DNA from: Candidatus Sulfotelmatobacter sp.
GTDB taxonomy: Bacteria; Acidobacteriota; Terriglobia; Terriglobales; Acidobacteriaceae
NCBI GenBank assembly: GCA_049590215.1
Contig: JBAWCJ010000468.1
Location: 2,633 to 66,632 of the forward strand
Direction: 5' to 3'
Length of the DNA stretch: 64,000 nt
In this document: one piece after another, positions 35,994 to 45,687 of the stretch
Numbering within the stretch: position 1 is the first letter of the stretch
Layout of the letters: each line of letters starts with the position of its first letter
The notes under the pieces: model-generated
Database searches by the model: none
What the model was told of the DNA's origin: nothing
Seen by the model: the letters and a program-made list of their open reading frames with translations, nothing else
Made by a program: the position numbers and the translations under genes

Positions 35994-37613
35994 ATGAATA
36001 GCAACGACCTAGATCTAGTCAACAGCCAGGCCGCTTTCAGTTTCAGTCTGCGTGACCTGCTGACGATCTTATTCCGTCACAAACGTGTCGTGGTTCTCTC
36101 TTTTCTGGGGATTATGACGGGCGCGCTTCTGGCAGCAGCGTTGCGTCCCACCGAATATCGAGCCTCCACCAAGTTCCTGATTGAGCGCGAACGTCTGGAT
36201 CCGGTCATCAGTCCCGGCGAGACTACTGTTCCGGAGACCCGCGGCGAGGTAACCGAAGAAGAGCTGAACTCCGAGGTCGAATTGATCGAAAGCGCCGACG
36301 TGCTGCGCCAGGTGGTGGTTTCCTGCGGATTGGACAAGAGAAAAACTATTCTGACATATCTGCTGGGTGCGGGAGATGAGGCGACGCGAATCGCAAAGGC
36401 CGCCAACCGCCTGCAGAATGACCTGAAGATTGAAGTAGTGCGCAAGAGCAACGTTATCTCCGTGAGTTATACGGCCAACAATCCGCAACTGGCAGCGGGA
36501 GTATTAAGCGCCCTCGGGGATGCTTACCTAAAAAAGAATGTTGCGGTACACCGGCCGCCGGGGCAATTCGAATTTTTCGACCAGGAGACGGAAGCCTACC
36601 GGAAGAATCTGGCGGATGCCGAGGCAAAGCTCAAGACATTCTCCACTCAGGAAGGCGGCGTGGCGCCGCAGATGGACCGGGACATCACGCTGCAGAAGCT
36701 GAGCGAATTCCGCGCCAGCCTGCAGCAGACGCGAGCTGATATCGCTGGTACCGAAGAGAGGATTCGGGCTCTCGAAAAACAGGCGGGTACCACCCCGCAA
36801 CGTTTGACTACGTCCGCAAGCTCGACCGACGATGCCCAGGTTCTGCAGGGCCTCAAGAATACTTTGATGACTCTGGAAATGAAGCGCACCGAGCTGTTGA
36901 CCAAGTACCAGCCAACTTACGCTCTGGTGCAGGAGGTCGATAAGGAAATCGCCGAGGCGAAGGCCTCAATTGTGACGGAGGAAAGCAAGCCCATCCGCGC
37001 GGAAACGACAGATCGTAACCCGACTTACAGCTGGATCAATGAGGAACTGGCCAAGGCCAAGGCTGACTACAGCGGCCTGCAGGCTCGCGCTGTCGCCACG
37101 CAAGCGATTGTCACGAACTACGAGGCGAAGGCGCAGGAGCTGGATCAAAAAGGACTCGTCCAGCAGGATCTGGTGCGCACGATGAAGACCGACGAAGAGA
37201 ACTATCTTATGTACCAGCGCAAGCGCGAGGAAGCTCGCATGACGAACGCGCTGGATCAGACCCGCATCCTCAATGTCGCGATTGCGGAACAACCCATTGC
37301 GCCTACACTCCCTTCGAATTCTCCTTGGACGACGCTGCTTGTGGGCATGATGCTCGCAGTTATGGTCAGCCTGTGCACGGCGTTCGGTTTGGATTATATG
37401 GATACATCGTTCCGAACGCCGGCGGAGGTGCTCAGCGAGCTCAATGTTCCAGTGCTGGGGACGGTTTCGCTGAAACAGAACTTCCCTGACAGCTGGAACG
37501 GAAACGGAAATGGAAACGGCGGAGGACAGGGCGTCTCTCACGGTGAGAGAGTTCCTGAGCCCGAAGCCGCAGAGGATGAGTCGACCAGCTACGCCAAGCA
37601 AGGAAAGCTTTAA
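35994..37613 (+). CDS. polysaccharide chain-length determinant (Wzz/GumC family) with a long coiled-coil periplasmic domain
   Basis: N-terminal TM helix, a Wzz-like segment, coiled-coil region, second TM helix (WTTLLVGMMLAVMVSLCTAF), and a (GN)n tail. Confidence 0.8.
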   Translation: MNSNDLDLVNSQAAFSFSLRDLLTILFRHKRVVVLSFLGIMTGALLAAALRPTEYRASTKFLIERERLDPVISPGETTVPETRGEVTEEELNSEVELIESADVLRQVVVSCGLDKRKTILTYLLGAGDEATRIAKAANRLQNDLKIEVVRKSNVISVSYTANNPQLAAGVLSALGDAYLKKNVAVHRPPGQFEFFDQETEAYRKNLADAEAKLKTFSTQEGGVAPQMDRDITLQKLSEFRASLQQTRADIAGTEERIRALEKQAGTTPQRLTTSASSTDDAQVLQGLKNTLMTLEMKRTELLTKYQPTYALVQEVDKEIAEAKASIVTEESKPIRAETTDRNPTYSWINEELAKAKADYSGLQARAVATQAIVTNYEAKAQELDQKGLVQQDLVRTMKTDEENYLMYQRKREEARMTNALDQTRILNVAIAEQPIAPTLPSNSPWTTLLVGMMLAVMVSLCTAFGLDYMDTSFRTPAEVLSELNVPVLGTVSLKQNFPDSWNGNGNGNGGGQGVSHGERVPEPEAAEDESTSYAKQGKL

Positions 37614-37661
37614 GATCCAGCTTTTAAGAGATCCAGCTTTAAGACATCCAGGAGGCCAGGG

Positions 37662-38423
37662 TTGAGCAGAAATTTCGAGCTGTTACAACAAGTCGGCGGC
37701 ATTCTCGAGTTGCCGGTATCACCGGACGAGGCTAAGGAGCCCGTCAGTATGCCTCCGGTAGAAACGGGGCCGTCCACTCCTGCGCTGGACGTGGCCGGAA
37801 AAGTACGGGACGAGATCGCCAAACTGGTACTCAACTTATTCCTGCTGCCAGCGGCACAGGGCCGGCGGCAAGTCATTTTTGCGGGGGCGGAACCGGGCGC
37901 TGGATGTAGTTGGATGTGTGCCCGCGTCGCTGAGGTGCTGGCGTCTCAGGTTCACGGGTCGGTCTGCGTGGTGGACTGCAATTTGCGCTCTCCCGGGTTG
38001 CATCAGCAATTTGCGGTGGACAATCACTTCGGGCTGTCGGACGCTCTGCTTCGACCCGACCCTTTGCAGCAGTATGTCCGGCAGCTGTCCCGCAAGAATC
38101 TGTGGCTTTTGAGTTGTGGCTCAAGCACGGAGAACTGGGAGGAAAAAGTAGGGTCAGGAAATCTCCGCCACCGCCTGGCTGAGTTGCGGTCTCAGTTCGA
38201 CTACGTGCTCATGGATGTGGCGTCGACAAACACCTGCAACGACGGCATCGTTCTTGGCAGTTCGTCGGATGGGATCGTGCTGGTTCTGAAGGCGAACTCC
38301 ACGCGGCGGGATGTTGCCCGGAAAGCTCTGCAAGAGCTTAAGGCCGCCAACGTACCGGTTCTGGGGGCTGTGCTGAACCAGCGCACATTTCCTATCCCGG
38401 ACAACATTTACAACAGTCTGTAA
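37662..38423 (+). CDS. BY-kinase-like (CpsD/EpsG-type) P-loop protein with a degenerate Walker A
   Basis: TTG start. GAEPGAGCSWM sits where G-x-G-K-S/T is expected. Walker A' VCVVDCNLRSP and Walker B YVLMDVAS are present. There is no C-terminal Tyr cluster. Confidence 0.7.
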   Translation: MSRNFELLQQVGGILELPVSPDEAKEPVSMPPVETGPSTPALDVAGKVRDEIAKLVLNLFLLPAAQGRRQVIFAGAEPGAGCSWMCARVAEVLASQVHGSVCVVDCNLRSPGLHQQFAVDNHFGLSDALLRPDPLQQYVRQLSRKNLWLLSCGSSTENWEEKVGSGNLRHRLAELRSQFDYVLMDVASTNTCNDGIVLGSSSDGIVLVLKANSTRRDVARKALQELKAANVPVLGAVLNQRTFPIPDNIYNSL

Positions 38424-38546
38424 ATACAGTAAACCGCCACTCCTCCCCCTGTTTCGACCTGATACCCGACCTCAGATTTCATCACAAAAATGCGATCTGC
38501 ACGGTTCTTTCGTGAAACTCACTGGGCCCTGCTGTAAGGAGCTAGC

Positions 38547-39986
38547 ATGATTAGCCGTAGACGTGACGTTCTCTTAAATGCGCTCAAGTTGTTCGACCTG
38601 GCGGTGATGGTGGTCGCTTTCGGACTGGCCGCCATACCAACATCAGGAGTGGGTCATACCATCTCGATGGCCGATTTTCTCTCCATGCGGGTCAAGGTGG
38701 GGAACTGCTTCATTTTTCTTGGCTTGATCATTCTGTGGCACGCTTTGTTTTCGATGTGCGGCTTATATGCGTCGCGCCGGCTCTCTGGCCGCATCGCTGA
38801 AGTCACCGACATTATGAAGGCAACCTCGCTAGGCACGCTCTGCCTGGCGGGTGCATCCATGCTGTTTCACATCCGTATGGCAACTCCTGCCTTCGCGGTG
38901 GTTTTCTGGTCTCTCAGCACCCTGATGCTGATTTGCAGCAGACTCACGATGAGGGCTGTGCTGGTGCAAACCCGCTTGCACGGACGAAATCTTCGCCACA
39001 TGCTGATCGTGGGCAGCAATGCCCGTGCCGTTCAATTTGCCGATAAGATCCAGTCCCGGCCCGAGCTTGGCTATCGGGTAATCGGATTCGCCGACCAACC
39101 GTGGGAGGGTATCGGTCAGGTCAGCGAAAGCGGCTATTCTCTGGCTTGCAACCTCGACAGCCTGCCTGATTTTCTCCGGAAAAGCGTGGTGGACGAGGTC
39201 GTGATTGCTTTGCCGATACGATCATTCCACGACGACGCCTCTCGAATCGCGGCGCTCTGCGAGGAGCAAGGCATTCTCTCCCGAGTTCTGACCAACATCT
39301 TCAATCTCAAGATGGCGCGCTCGCATGCCGAAGACCTGGAAGGCGACTCCTGGATTACGCATCAAAATGGAGTCACCGAAGGCTGGCCGCTGATTGTGAA
39401 ACGGATCGTCGATTTCGCGGTTGCGCTGGTCGCGGTTATCGTCATCCTTCCGGTTATGCTTCTGGTGGCGCTGGTGATCAAGATGACCTCACCCGGCCCC
39501 GTTCTTTTTGCCCAGAAGAGGGTTGGACATAACAAGCGAAAGTTCACCATGTTTAAATTCCGGACCATGGTGGTCGATGCCGAACAGCAAATGGAGCAAC
39601 TGCAACACCTGAACGAGGTCACTGGGCCGGTATTCAAAATCAAGAACGATCCACGCATTACTCCGATCGGGAAATTCCTACGCAAGACGAGTCTCGACGA
39701 GGTGCCGCAGTTGTTCAGCGTGTTGAAGGGGGATATGAGTCTGGTGGGCCCGCGGCCACTCCCCATCCGCGACTACGAAGGCTTCAATGAAGACTGGCAG
39801 CGCCGGCGTTTCAGTGTGAAGCCCGGAATCACTTGCTTATGGCAGGTTCAGGGGCGGAGTTCCATTTCATTTGAAAAATGGATGGAGCTGGATCTTCAAT
39901 ACATCGACAAGTGGTCCCTGTGGCTCGATTTCCAGATCTTGCTGCAGACCATCCCGGCCGTGCTCAAGGGCTCGGGCGCTGTTTGA
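38547..39986 (+). CDS. priming polyprenyl-phosphate sugar-phosphate transferase (WcaJ/EpsB-type bacterial sugar transferase)
   Basis: AAGGAG upstream. Multi-TM N-terminus. C-terminal KRIVDFAVAL...KRVGHNKRKFTMFKFRTM...DEVPQLFSVLKGDMSLVGPRP. Confidence 0.9.
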   Translation: MISRRRDVLLNALKLFDLAVMVVAFGLAAIPTSGVGHTISMADFLSMRVKVGNCFIFLGLIILWHALFSMCGLYASRRLSGRIAEVTDIMKATSLGTLCLAGASMLFHIRMATPAFAVVFWSLSTLMLICSRLTMRAVLVQTRLHGRNLRHMLIVGSNARAVQFADKIQSRPELGYRVIGFADQPWEGIGQVSESGYSLACNLDSLPDFLRKSVVDEVVIALPIRSFHDDASRIAALCEEQGILSRVLTNIFNLKMARSHAEDLEGDSWITHQNGVTEGWPLIVKRIVDFAVALVAVIVILPVMLLVALVIKMTSPGPVLFAQKRVGHNKRKFTMFKFRTMVVDAEQQMEQLQHLNEVTGPVFKIKNDPRITPIGKFLRKTSLDEVPQLFSVLKGDMSLVGPRPLPIRDYEGFNEDWQRRRFSVKPGITCLWQVQGRSSISFEKWMELDLQYIDKWSLWLDFQILLQTIPAVLKGSGAV

Positions 39987-40377
39987 CCTTTGCCTGGGTT
40001 CTTGGGAACGATCTCTTTCACACCAACTCACCCGACCGCGAGAGCGTATCCACCTTTCTCATGGTCAGCGCGGATGCAACAAAGTAGTGATCAACCTACC
40101 GTTCTCTCCGATTGTTCTTCCGATGGGAACCGGCCTATGTTTTCTGTCCCAGTACCAAAGCATCCGTGACAGTTTTCTCATTGATTCCGATGTGCTGCGT
40201 TTTTCCACACCGGGTGAACTGTCGCTGACCCAGAGCCAGATGAGCTGGCGCAGCGTCGCGCGAAGCGAGGCTCAGGTTTGGATGTGCCGGTGGGGCTCGC
40301 GTCAAGGTTTCCACGTACCGGCTTCGCCGGGAACACTGGTTTCCGCATCATAAGGAGAGCCAAAAGGCAGTAACAAC

Positions 40378-41478
40378 ATGTCAAGAGAGTCAGCAGAGAA
40401 AAATAATCCCGGTTCCGCAGACGGACCGTTGTTTGTCGTAGGCCTTCCACGCTCTGGAACCTCATTGCTATATGCCCTACTCAACCAGCATCCGCAGATC
40501 GCGTTGCTTTATGAGGGTGATCTGCCAGGGTTGTGGCCGCTTTTCCTGACTCGGAGAAGCAAGTCGCAGTGGCAGGAGAGATGGAATTTCTGGAACGGCT
40601 CCATAGAGCGCCATCAAATCGATACCAGCAGAATACCCTCGGATGTTTCGGACATAAGGACTGCTACCGAGATCGCTTATAAGCAATATGCGCAGAAGAA
40701 AAATGCTTCTATTTGGGGTTGCAAGTCTCCGAACCAATACGACTCTCTGGTTCGGCTGGCGGTTCTCTTCCCGGATGCCCGGTTTGTGATAATCCGGCGG
40801 GATCCCGCAGATATATGCCGCAGTATCGTACGGGCGAGCAAAGACTCCGCGCGTTTCAAACAGAAAGGCCTGACGCACCGAGCCTTGCTGGGCTCCTACC
40901 GGCTGGGAATAGAACGAGACCGCCTTGTGCAGCGCGGAGTTCCGGTTCACGTACTTCAGTATCAGGACTTGATACGCACTCCCGCTGACGAATTGATGAA
41001 AATCTGCAGCTTCTTGGGGATTCCATTCCATTCCGGCATGACTTCCCTTGAGAATGCGGATCGGTCGGCAATTATGGAGGGTACGCACAACACTTTGGTG
41101 AGAGGCGAAAGAATTGTAGCTTCCCGCCGGCAGCCAGAGGTGCTTCCTGTAGGATTTAGAAGGAAGATTGAAAGATACAAAAACCTTTGGCGACAGGGGC
41201 ACGTCGATTTGGCAATTTTCCCGCCCTCGGAGGAAGACAATCTGACCACGCCGTCACAGTTAGAAAGAGCCTGTGACGAGCTTCGATATCGCCTTCTACG
41301 AAGCTGGGACTCATTCGTTGTTTTTGTCTACTGCTTTGGCCCCATAAGGTTGTTAACGGCCTATCGTGCTTGGAAAGGCATGATGCGATTCGCATTCGCG
41401 AGCAACGTCGCAGGGGATGCGCAGGAAGCTGCTCCTCACCCCACACAGACCCCGGCAAGCACAAGCAGCTCCGACTAA
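40378..41478 (+). CDS. PAPS-dependent sulfotransferase family protein
   Basis: 5'-PSB loop LFVVGLPRSGTSLLYALL and 3'-PB-like FVIIRRDPADICRSIV. Confidence 0.75.
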   Translation: MSRESAEKNNPGSADGPLFVVGLPRSGTSLLYALLNQHPQIALLYEGDLPGLWPLFLTRRSKSQWQERWNFWNGSIERHQIDTSRIPSDVSDIRTATEIAYKQYAQKKNASIWGCKSPNQYDSLVRLAVLFPDARFVIIRRDPADICRSIVRASKDSARFKQKGLTHRALLGSYRLGIERDRLVQRGVPVHVLQYQDLIRTPADELMKICSFLGIPFHSGMTSLENADRSAIMEGTHNTLVRGERIVASRRQPEVLPVGFRRKIERYKNLWRQGHVDLAIFPPSEEDNLTTPSQLERACDELRYRLLRSWDSFVVFVYCFGPIRLLTAYRAWKGMMRFAFASNVAGDAQEAAPHPTQTPASTSSSD

Positions 41479-41497
41479 AGGAGCATTCCTTAAACAC

Positions 41498-44400
41498 ATG
41501 ACCCAGACGGCTCAGCTATCCGATCGTAAACACACGCAGGTGGAGAAATCTGTGTCCGACAAGTTCGAAATTACTCGTCGTGCACCGGATGAAGCGATGC
41601 CTCTTTCGTATGAACAAGAGCAGGTGTGGTTGCACGCACAACTGGCGACTAACCTTCCCTTGTACAACGAGCCGGGAACTATCCGCTTTCTAGGCGCTCT
41701 CGACGTTTCCGCACTGGAGAAGAGCTTTAATGAAATTCTGCGGCGCCACGAAGCGTGGAGGACGTGCTTTGAGATTGTCGACGGTGTACCGGTACAAAAG
41801 GTACAGCCGAGCCTCAAGGTTTCCCTGCCAGTGCTCGACCTGCGAGCCCTTCCTGCTGAGCGGCGGGAGTCTGAAGCTTTACGTATTGCGACCGAGGATG
41901 CAAGAAAACCGATCGACCTGACGAAGGCCCCGCTTTTCAGAACCAGGCTGATGCGGCTGGAGAACGAAGAGTACCGGTTGTATCTCACCCTGAGCCATAT
42001 TATTTTTGACGGCTTTGCCATTTATCGGGTGCTTCTGCCAGAACTCTCGACGCTATATGAGTCGTTCGCTGCTGGAAGACAGTCGCCATTACCGGAACTC
42101 TCCATACAATACGCAGACTATGCCTGCTGGCAACGCCGGAACATAACGGAAGAAACGCTTGCCAAGGATCTCGACTATTGGAAGCGAGAACTTGCAGGAC
42201 CTCTCCCGGAGTCGTATTTGCCGGTGGATCGCCAACGGGTGGGACCGCAGACATTTTGTGGGGCCACGTATCCCTTCCAGCTAAGCTCCCGATTAAACAG
42301 TGCCCTGATCGCGCTCAGCCGGTCCCAGGGAGTCACTCTATACCAGATACTCCTGGCCGGGTTTGCTGCTCTTTTAAGCCGCTACTCCGGTGAGCCGATC
42401 ATCCCCATCGGCAGCCTCACCGCGGGGCGCAAGCTTCATGAGACTCAGTCGCTGCTGGGGTATTTCGTGAACACAGTGGTCCTGCGGTTGGAGCTCTCGG
42501 GCGATCCCAGCTTCCGTGATTTGGTGAAACGGGTGCGCAATGTTGCCCTCGGCGCTCTGGAACACGACAACTTACCCTTCGAGCATCTGGTCAGGGAAAT
42601 GCGAACCACGCGGGACTCTTCGCACAATCCCTTATTCCAAGCGTTGTTTTCGCTGGCGCCACCTCCGCTTCCGAATCTCGATCCGGCGTGGCAGATGACA
42701 CTGACAGAGGTCGATACCGGCGTCTCAAAGTACGACCTCCATTTCGAGATCGATCAGCGTGGGGATGAAATTCTCCCACGATTTCATTACAGCACGGACC
42801 TGTTCGATCCGGCCACGATTGCGCGCATGGCGAACCACTGGATGAATCTGTTGGAAGGCGCAGCCGGCAGTCCCGACCTGCGCGTGTCGCAATTGCCTCT
42901 GCTTTCCGGGCAGGAGAAAGAGCAGCTGATAGTCGAGTGGAACGATACTGACGCCGACTACCCGCGCGACAAGAGTATTCCGCAGCAGTTCGCCGCCCAG
43001 TGTGAGCGCACTCCGCATATCGTTGCGGTTCGGGAAGGGAATCAGCAACTCACCTTTTGCCAGTTGGATGAACGCAGCGATAGTCTGGCAGAATACCTCC
43101 GCAACCTGGGAGCAGGACCCGGAACGACAGTCGGGTTGTGCATTGAACGATCGATAGACATGGTGGCCGGACTGCTCGGCATTCTGAAAACGGGAGCAGC
43201 CTATGTTCCCCTGGACCCTTCGTATCCGATGGAGCGACTCGGTTTCATGCTGAAGGATTCTGGGGCAGCGATTGTAATCGCACAGCGCAAGTCCGCGGGC
43301 AGGATTCCAGCGAACAGCGCGCGTGCCGTCTGGTTGGATTCGAACTGGAGTGCGATCTCAGCCGAGCCGACGGATTCGCCAAGCCTGAATTCGCCAAGCC
43401 TGAATTCGCCAAGCCTGAATTCGCCAAGCCCGGATTCGCCAAGATCGGTTCGGCCCACCAGCAGTCAACCGGATGATACTGCGTACGTGCTTTATACCTC
43501 AGGTTCGACGGGGACGCCGAAGGGAGTGCAGGGGACGCACCGGGCGTACCTGAATCGCTTTGCCTGGATGTGGCGGGCTTATCCGTTTCAGGCCGGGGAA
43601 GTTTGCTGCCAGAAAACCAATCTTGGTTTCGTGGATTCGGTGTGGGAGATCTTCGGGCCGCTGCTGGCCGGCGTGCCCAACGTGATCATCCCGCAGGAAA
43701 TCATAGGAGATCCCGAAGAACTGCTCGCCACGCTGGCGCGGGAGCAGGTGACGCGCATCGTGCTGGTGCCCTCGCTTTTGCGCGTGTTGCTCGATCACGC
43801 GCCACAACTGGGCAAGCGAGTGCCGCAACTGAAGTTATGGACCTGCAGCGGCGAAGTGCTGCCCACGGATTTGGCGGAGCGCTTCCTCGCCGGTTTTCCT
43901 GAGGCCACGTTGCTGAATCTTTACGGCTCGGCCGAGGTGGCAGCCGACGTCACCTATCACGAGGTCAGCCACAAAGACCTGCTTGCCGGCTCGATTCCTA
44001 TCGGCCGGCCGATTGCCAACACGCAAGTCTACATTCTGGATGGCAACAGGAATCCGGTGCCCGTCGGGGTGCGGGGCGAGATCTATGTGGGCGGCGACAA
44101 TCTGGCGCGGGGCTACTGGCGGTCTCCGGAGCTGACCGCGGAGCGCTTCGTCGAAAATTCAATTGCGCCTGAGCGTTCACCGCGGCTATTCCGCACGGGC
44201 GACCTGGGCCGCTTCAAATCGACGGGTGAGATTGAGTATTTGGGGCGAGTGGACAACCAGGTGAAGCTGCGGGGAATGCGGCTGGAGTTGGGCGAGGTCG
44301 AGGCAGCGCTCAGCGGGCATCCGGCAGTGCGCCAGGCAGTGGTGGCGCTCACACCCGATCAGCAGCACCTGGCGGCCTACATCACGGCAGAGAACGGACA

Positions 44401-45670
44401 GGAGCCCTCGGCCGAGGAATTGCGCCGCTACTTGCGGGCTCGCCTGCCTGAATACATGGTGCCAGCCAGCTATAGCCGGCTGCAGCAGTGGCCGCTGTTG
44501 CCCAGCGGTAAAGTGGATCGTCGTGCATTGCCGCAGCTCGGCCACGCGGAGTCTGTACAGCAGTCTGTCTTCGTGGCTCCTCACGATGCGGTGGAGGATC
44601 AGCTGCTCACGATCTGGAAGGGCATTCTCAACCTGGATGCGATCAGCGTCACCGATAACTTCTTCAGCATTGGTGGCTACTCGCTGGCTTCGGCACGGCT
44701 ACTTGCACGCATTCAGCAAACTTTCGGCAGGAAGCTAGGACTCAGGGACGTGTTCGAAGCCCCCACGATCGCTGAGATGGCCGAGCTCATACGGAGGGAG
44801 GGCAAGAGTTCGGATATGCAGGGCATCCTACCGCTCCAGCCCAACGGTTCGCTGCCCCCCTTCTTCTGGGTGCGGGGTGGTCCTCTGTTCCTGCCACTTT
44901 CGCGGCGACTCGGTCCTGAGAGGCCTTCCTTCGGACTGCAATTGTCGAGTTCCCTCGTCAGTAAATTACCTGCTACGTACAAGTTTGAAGATATCGCGTC
45001 GAGCCTTATCCAGGTGATGCGTGCGGTGCGGCCGAATGGCCCTTACTACCTGGGTGGGCTGTGCGTCAATGGTGTGGTCGCGTATGAAATGGCTCGGCAG
45101 TTGGTGGCTGCGGGAGAATCCGTGCCCCTGCTCGTCATGTTGGATTCGCAAAATCCAACTTATTATTTCGATTATTCCCCGGACGGCCGGACATCTTTTC
45201 TTTATCAGAAACTCAAGTTCCATCTCGGAAAGCTAGCCAAGCTGAGGCGCACCGGGCTTCGGCACTATATTCAGGAACGCTCCGCCGACCTACAGAGAAG
45301 GTGGAATCAGCGGATGTGGAACAACGTTTACCAGCGTGGTAATCGGCTGCCGGAAGACCAGCTTGGCGATATGGGCAGCCTGGTGCATCCGGCCGCAATG
45401 AAGTATCAGCCACAACCATACGGCGGTCGAGTGATGTTCTTCCAATCGGCAGACTGGCCAAAAGGCGGATACTGGAAATTTCAGCGAGGATGGCCAGGGT
45501 TCGTACGCGGCCTGATGGAAGTACACACGATCGATGCGGAACACGAAGAGATGCTTCACGACCCCAATGTTGACGGCATCTCTGGTCCAATCCTGTCGTA
45601 TCTGGCCGACGCTGGCAAGGCAAATTACGCCCCAATCAATTCAGACGCCACCTTGGCCGGGCGAAGTTAA
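41498..45670 (+). CDS. single-module NRPS, C-A-T-TE (module 1; non-alpha-amino-acid-type A domain, Cys-type TE)
   Basis: C motif SHIIFDG (41993..42013). A-domain motifs LKTGAAYVPLDP, YTSGSTGTPKG, NLYGSAEV, GDLGR, GKVDRRAL. T-domain motif FFSIGGYSLAS. TE elbow GGLCVNG (Cys codon at 45062..45064). Confidence 0.9.
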   Translation: MTQTAQLSDRKHTQVEKSVSDKFEITRRAPDEAMPLSYEQEQVWLHAQLATNLPLYNEPGTIRFLGALDVSALEKSFNEILRRHEAWRTCFEIVDGVPVQKVQPSLKVSLPVLDLRALPAERRESEALRIATEDARKPIDLTKAPLFRTRLMRLENEEYRLYLTLSHIIFDGFAIYRVLLPELSTLYESFAAGRQSPLPELSIQYADYACWQRRNITEETLAKDLDYWKRELAGPLPESYLPVDRQRVGPQTFCGATYPFQLSSRLNSALIALSRSQGVTLYQILLAGFAALLSRYSGEPIIPIGSLTAGRKLHETQSLLGYFVNTVVLRLELSGDPSFRDLVKRVRNVALGALEHDNLPFEHLVREMRTTRDSSHNPLFQALFSLAPPPLPNLDPAWQMTLTEVDTGVSKYDLHFEIDQRGDEILPRFHYSTDLFDPATIARMANHWMNLLEGAAGSPDLRVSQLPLLSGQEKEQLIVEWNDTDADYPRDKSIPQQFAAQCERTPHIVAVREGNQQLTFCQLDERSDSLAEYLRNLGAGPGTTVGLCIERSIDMVAGLLGILKTGAAYVPLDPSYPMERLGFMLKDSGAAIVIAQRKSAGRIPANSARAVWLDSNWSAISAEPTDSPSLNSPSLNSPSLNSPSPDSPRSVRPTSSQPDDTAYVLYTSGSTGTPKGVQGTHRAYLNRFAWMWRAYPFQAGEVCCQKTNLGFVDSVWEIFGPLLAGVPNVIIPQEIIGDPEELLATLAREQVTRIVLVPSLLRVLLDHAPQLGKRVPQLKLWTCSGEVLPTDLAERFLAGFPEATLLNLYGSAEVAADVTYHEVSHKDLLAGSIPIGRPIANTQVYILDGNRNPVPVGVRGEIYVGGDNLARGYWRSPELTAERFVENSIAPERSPRLFRTGDLGRFKSTGEIEYLGRVDNQVKLRGMRLELGEVEAALSGHPAVRQAVVALTPDQQHLAAYITAENGQEPSAEELRRYLRARLPEYMVPASYSRLQQWPLLPSGKVDRRALPQLGHAESVQQSVFVAPHDAVEDQLLTIWKGILNLDAISVTDNFFSIGGYSLASARLLARIQQTFGRKLGLRDVFEAPTIAEMAELIRREGKSSDMQGILPLQPNGSLPPFFWVRGGPLFLPLSRRLGPERPSFGLQLSSSLVSKLPATYKFEDIASSLIQVMRAVRPNGPYYLGGLCVNGVVAYEMARQLVAAGESVPLLVMLDSQNPTYYFDYSPDGRTSFLYQKLKFHLGKLAKLRRTGLRHYIQERSADLQRRWNQRMWNNVYQRGNRLPEDQLGDMGSLVHPAAMKYQPQPYGGRVMFFQSADWPKGGYWKFQRGWPGFVRGLMEVHTIDAEHEEMLHDPNVDGISGPILSYLADAGKANYAPINSDATLAGRS
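43373..43447 (+). repeat. in-frame 15-bp tandem repeat x5 inside the NRPS-1 A domain
   Basis: RATTCGCCAAGCCYG units encode DSPSL-NSPSL-NSPSL-NSPSP-DSPRS, located between A-domain core motifs A2 and A3. Confidence 0.9.
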
Positions 45671-45687
45671 GCCTCTTTCCCGCTCCG

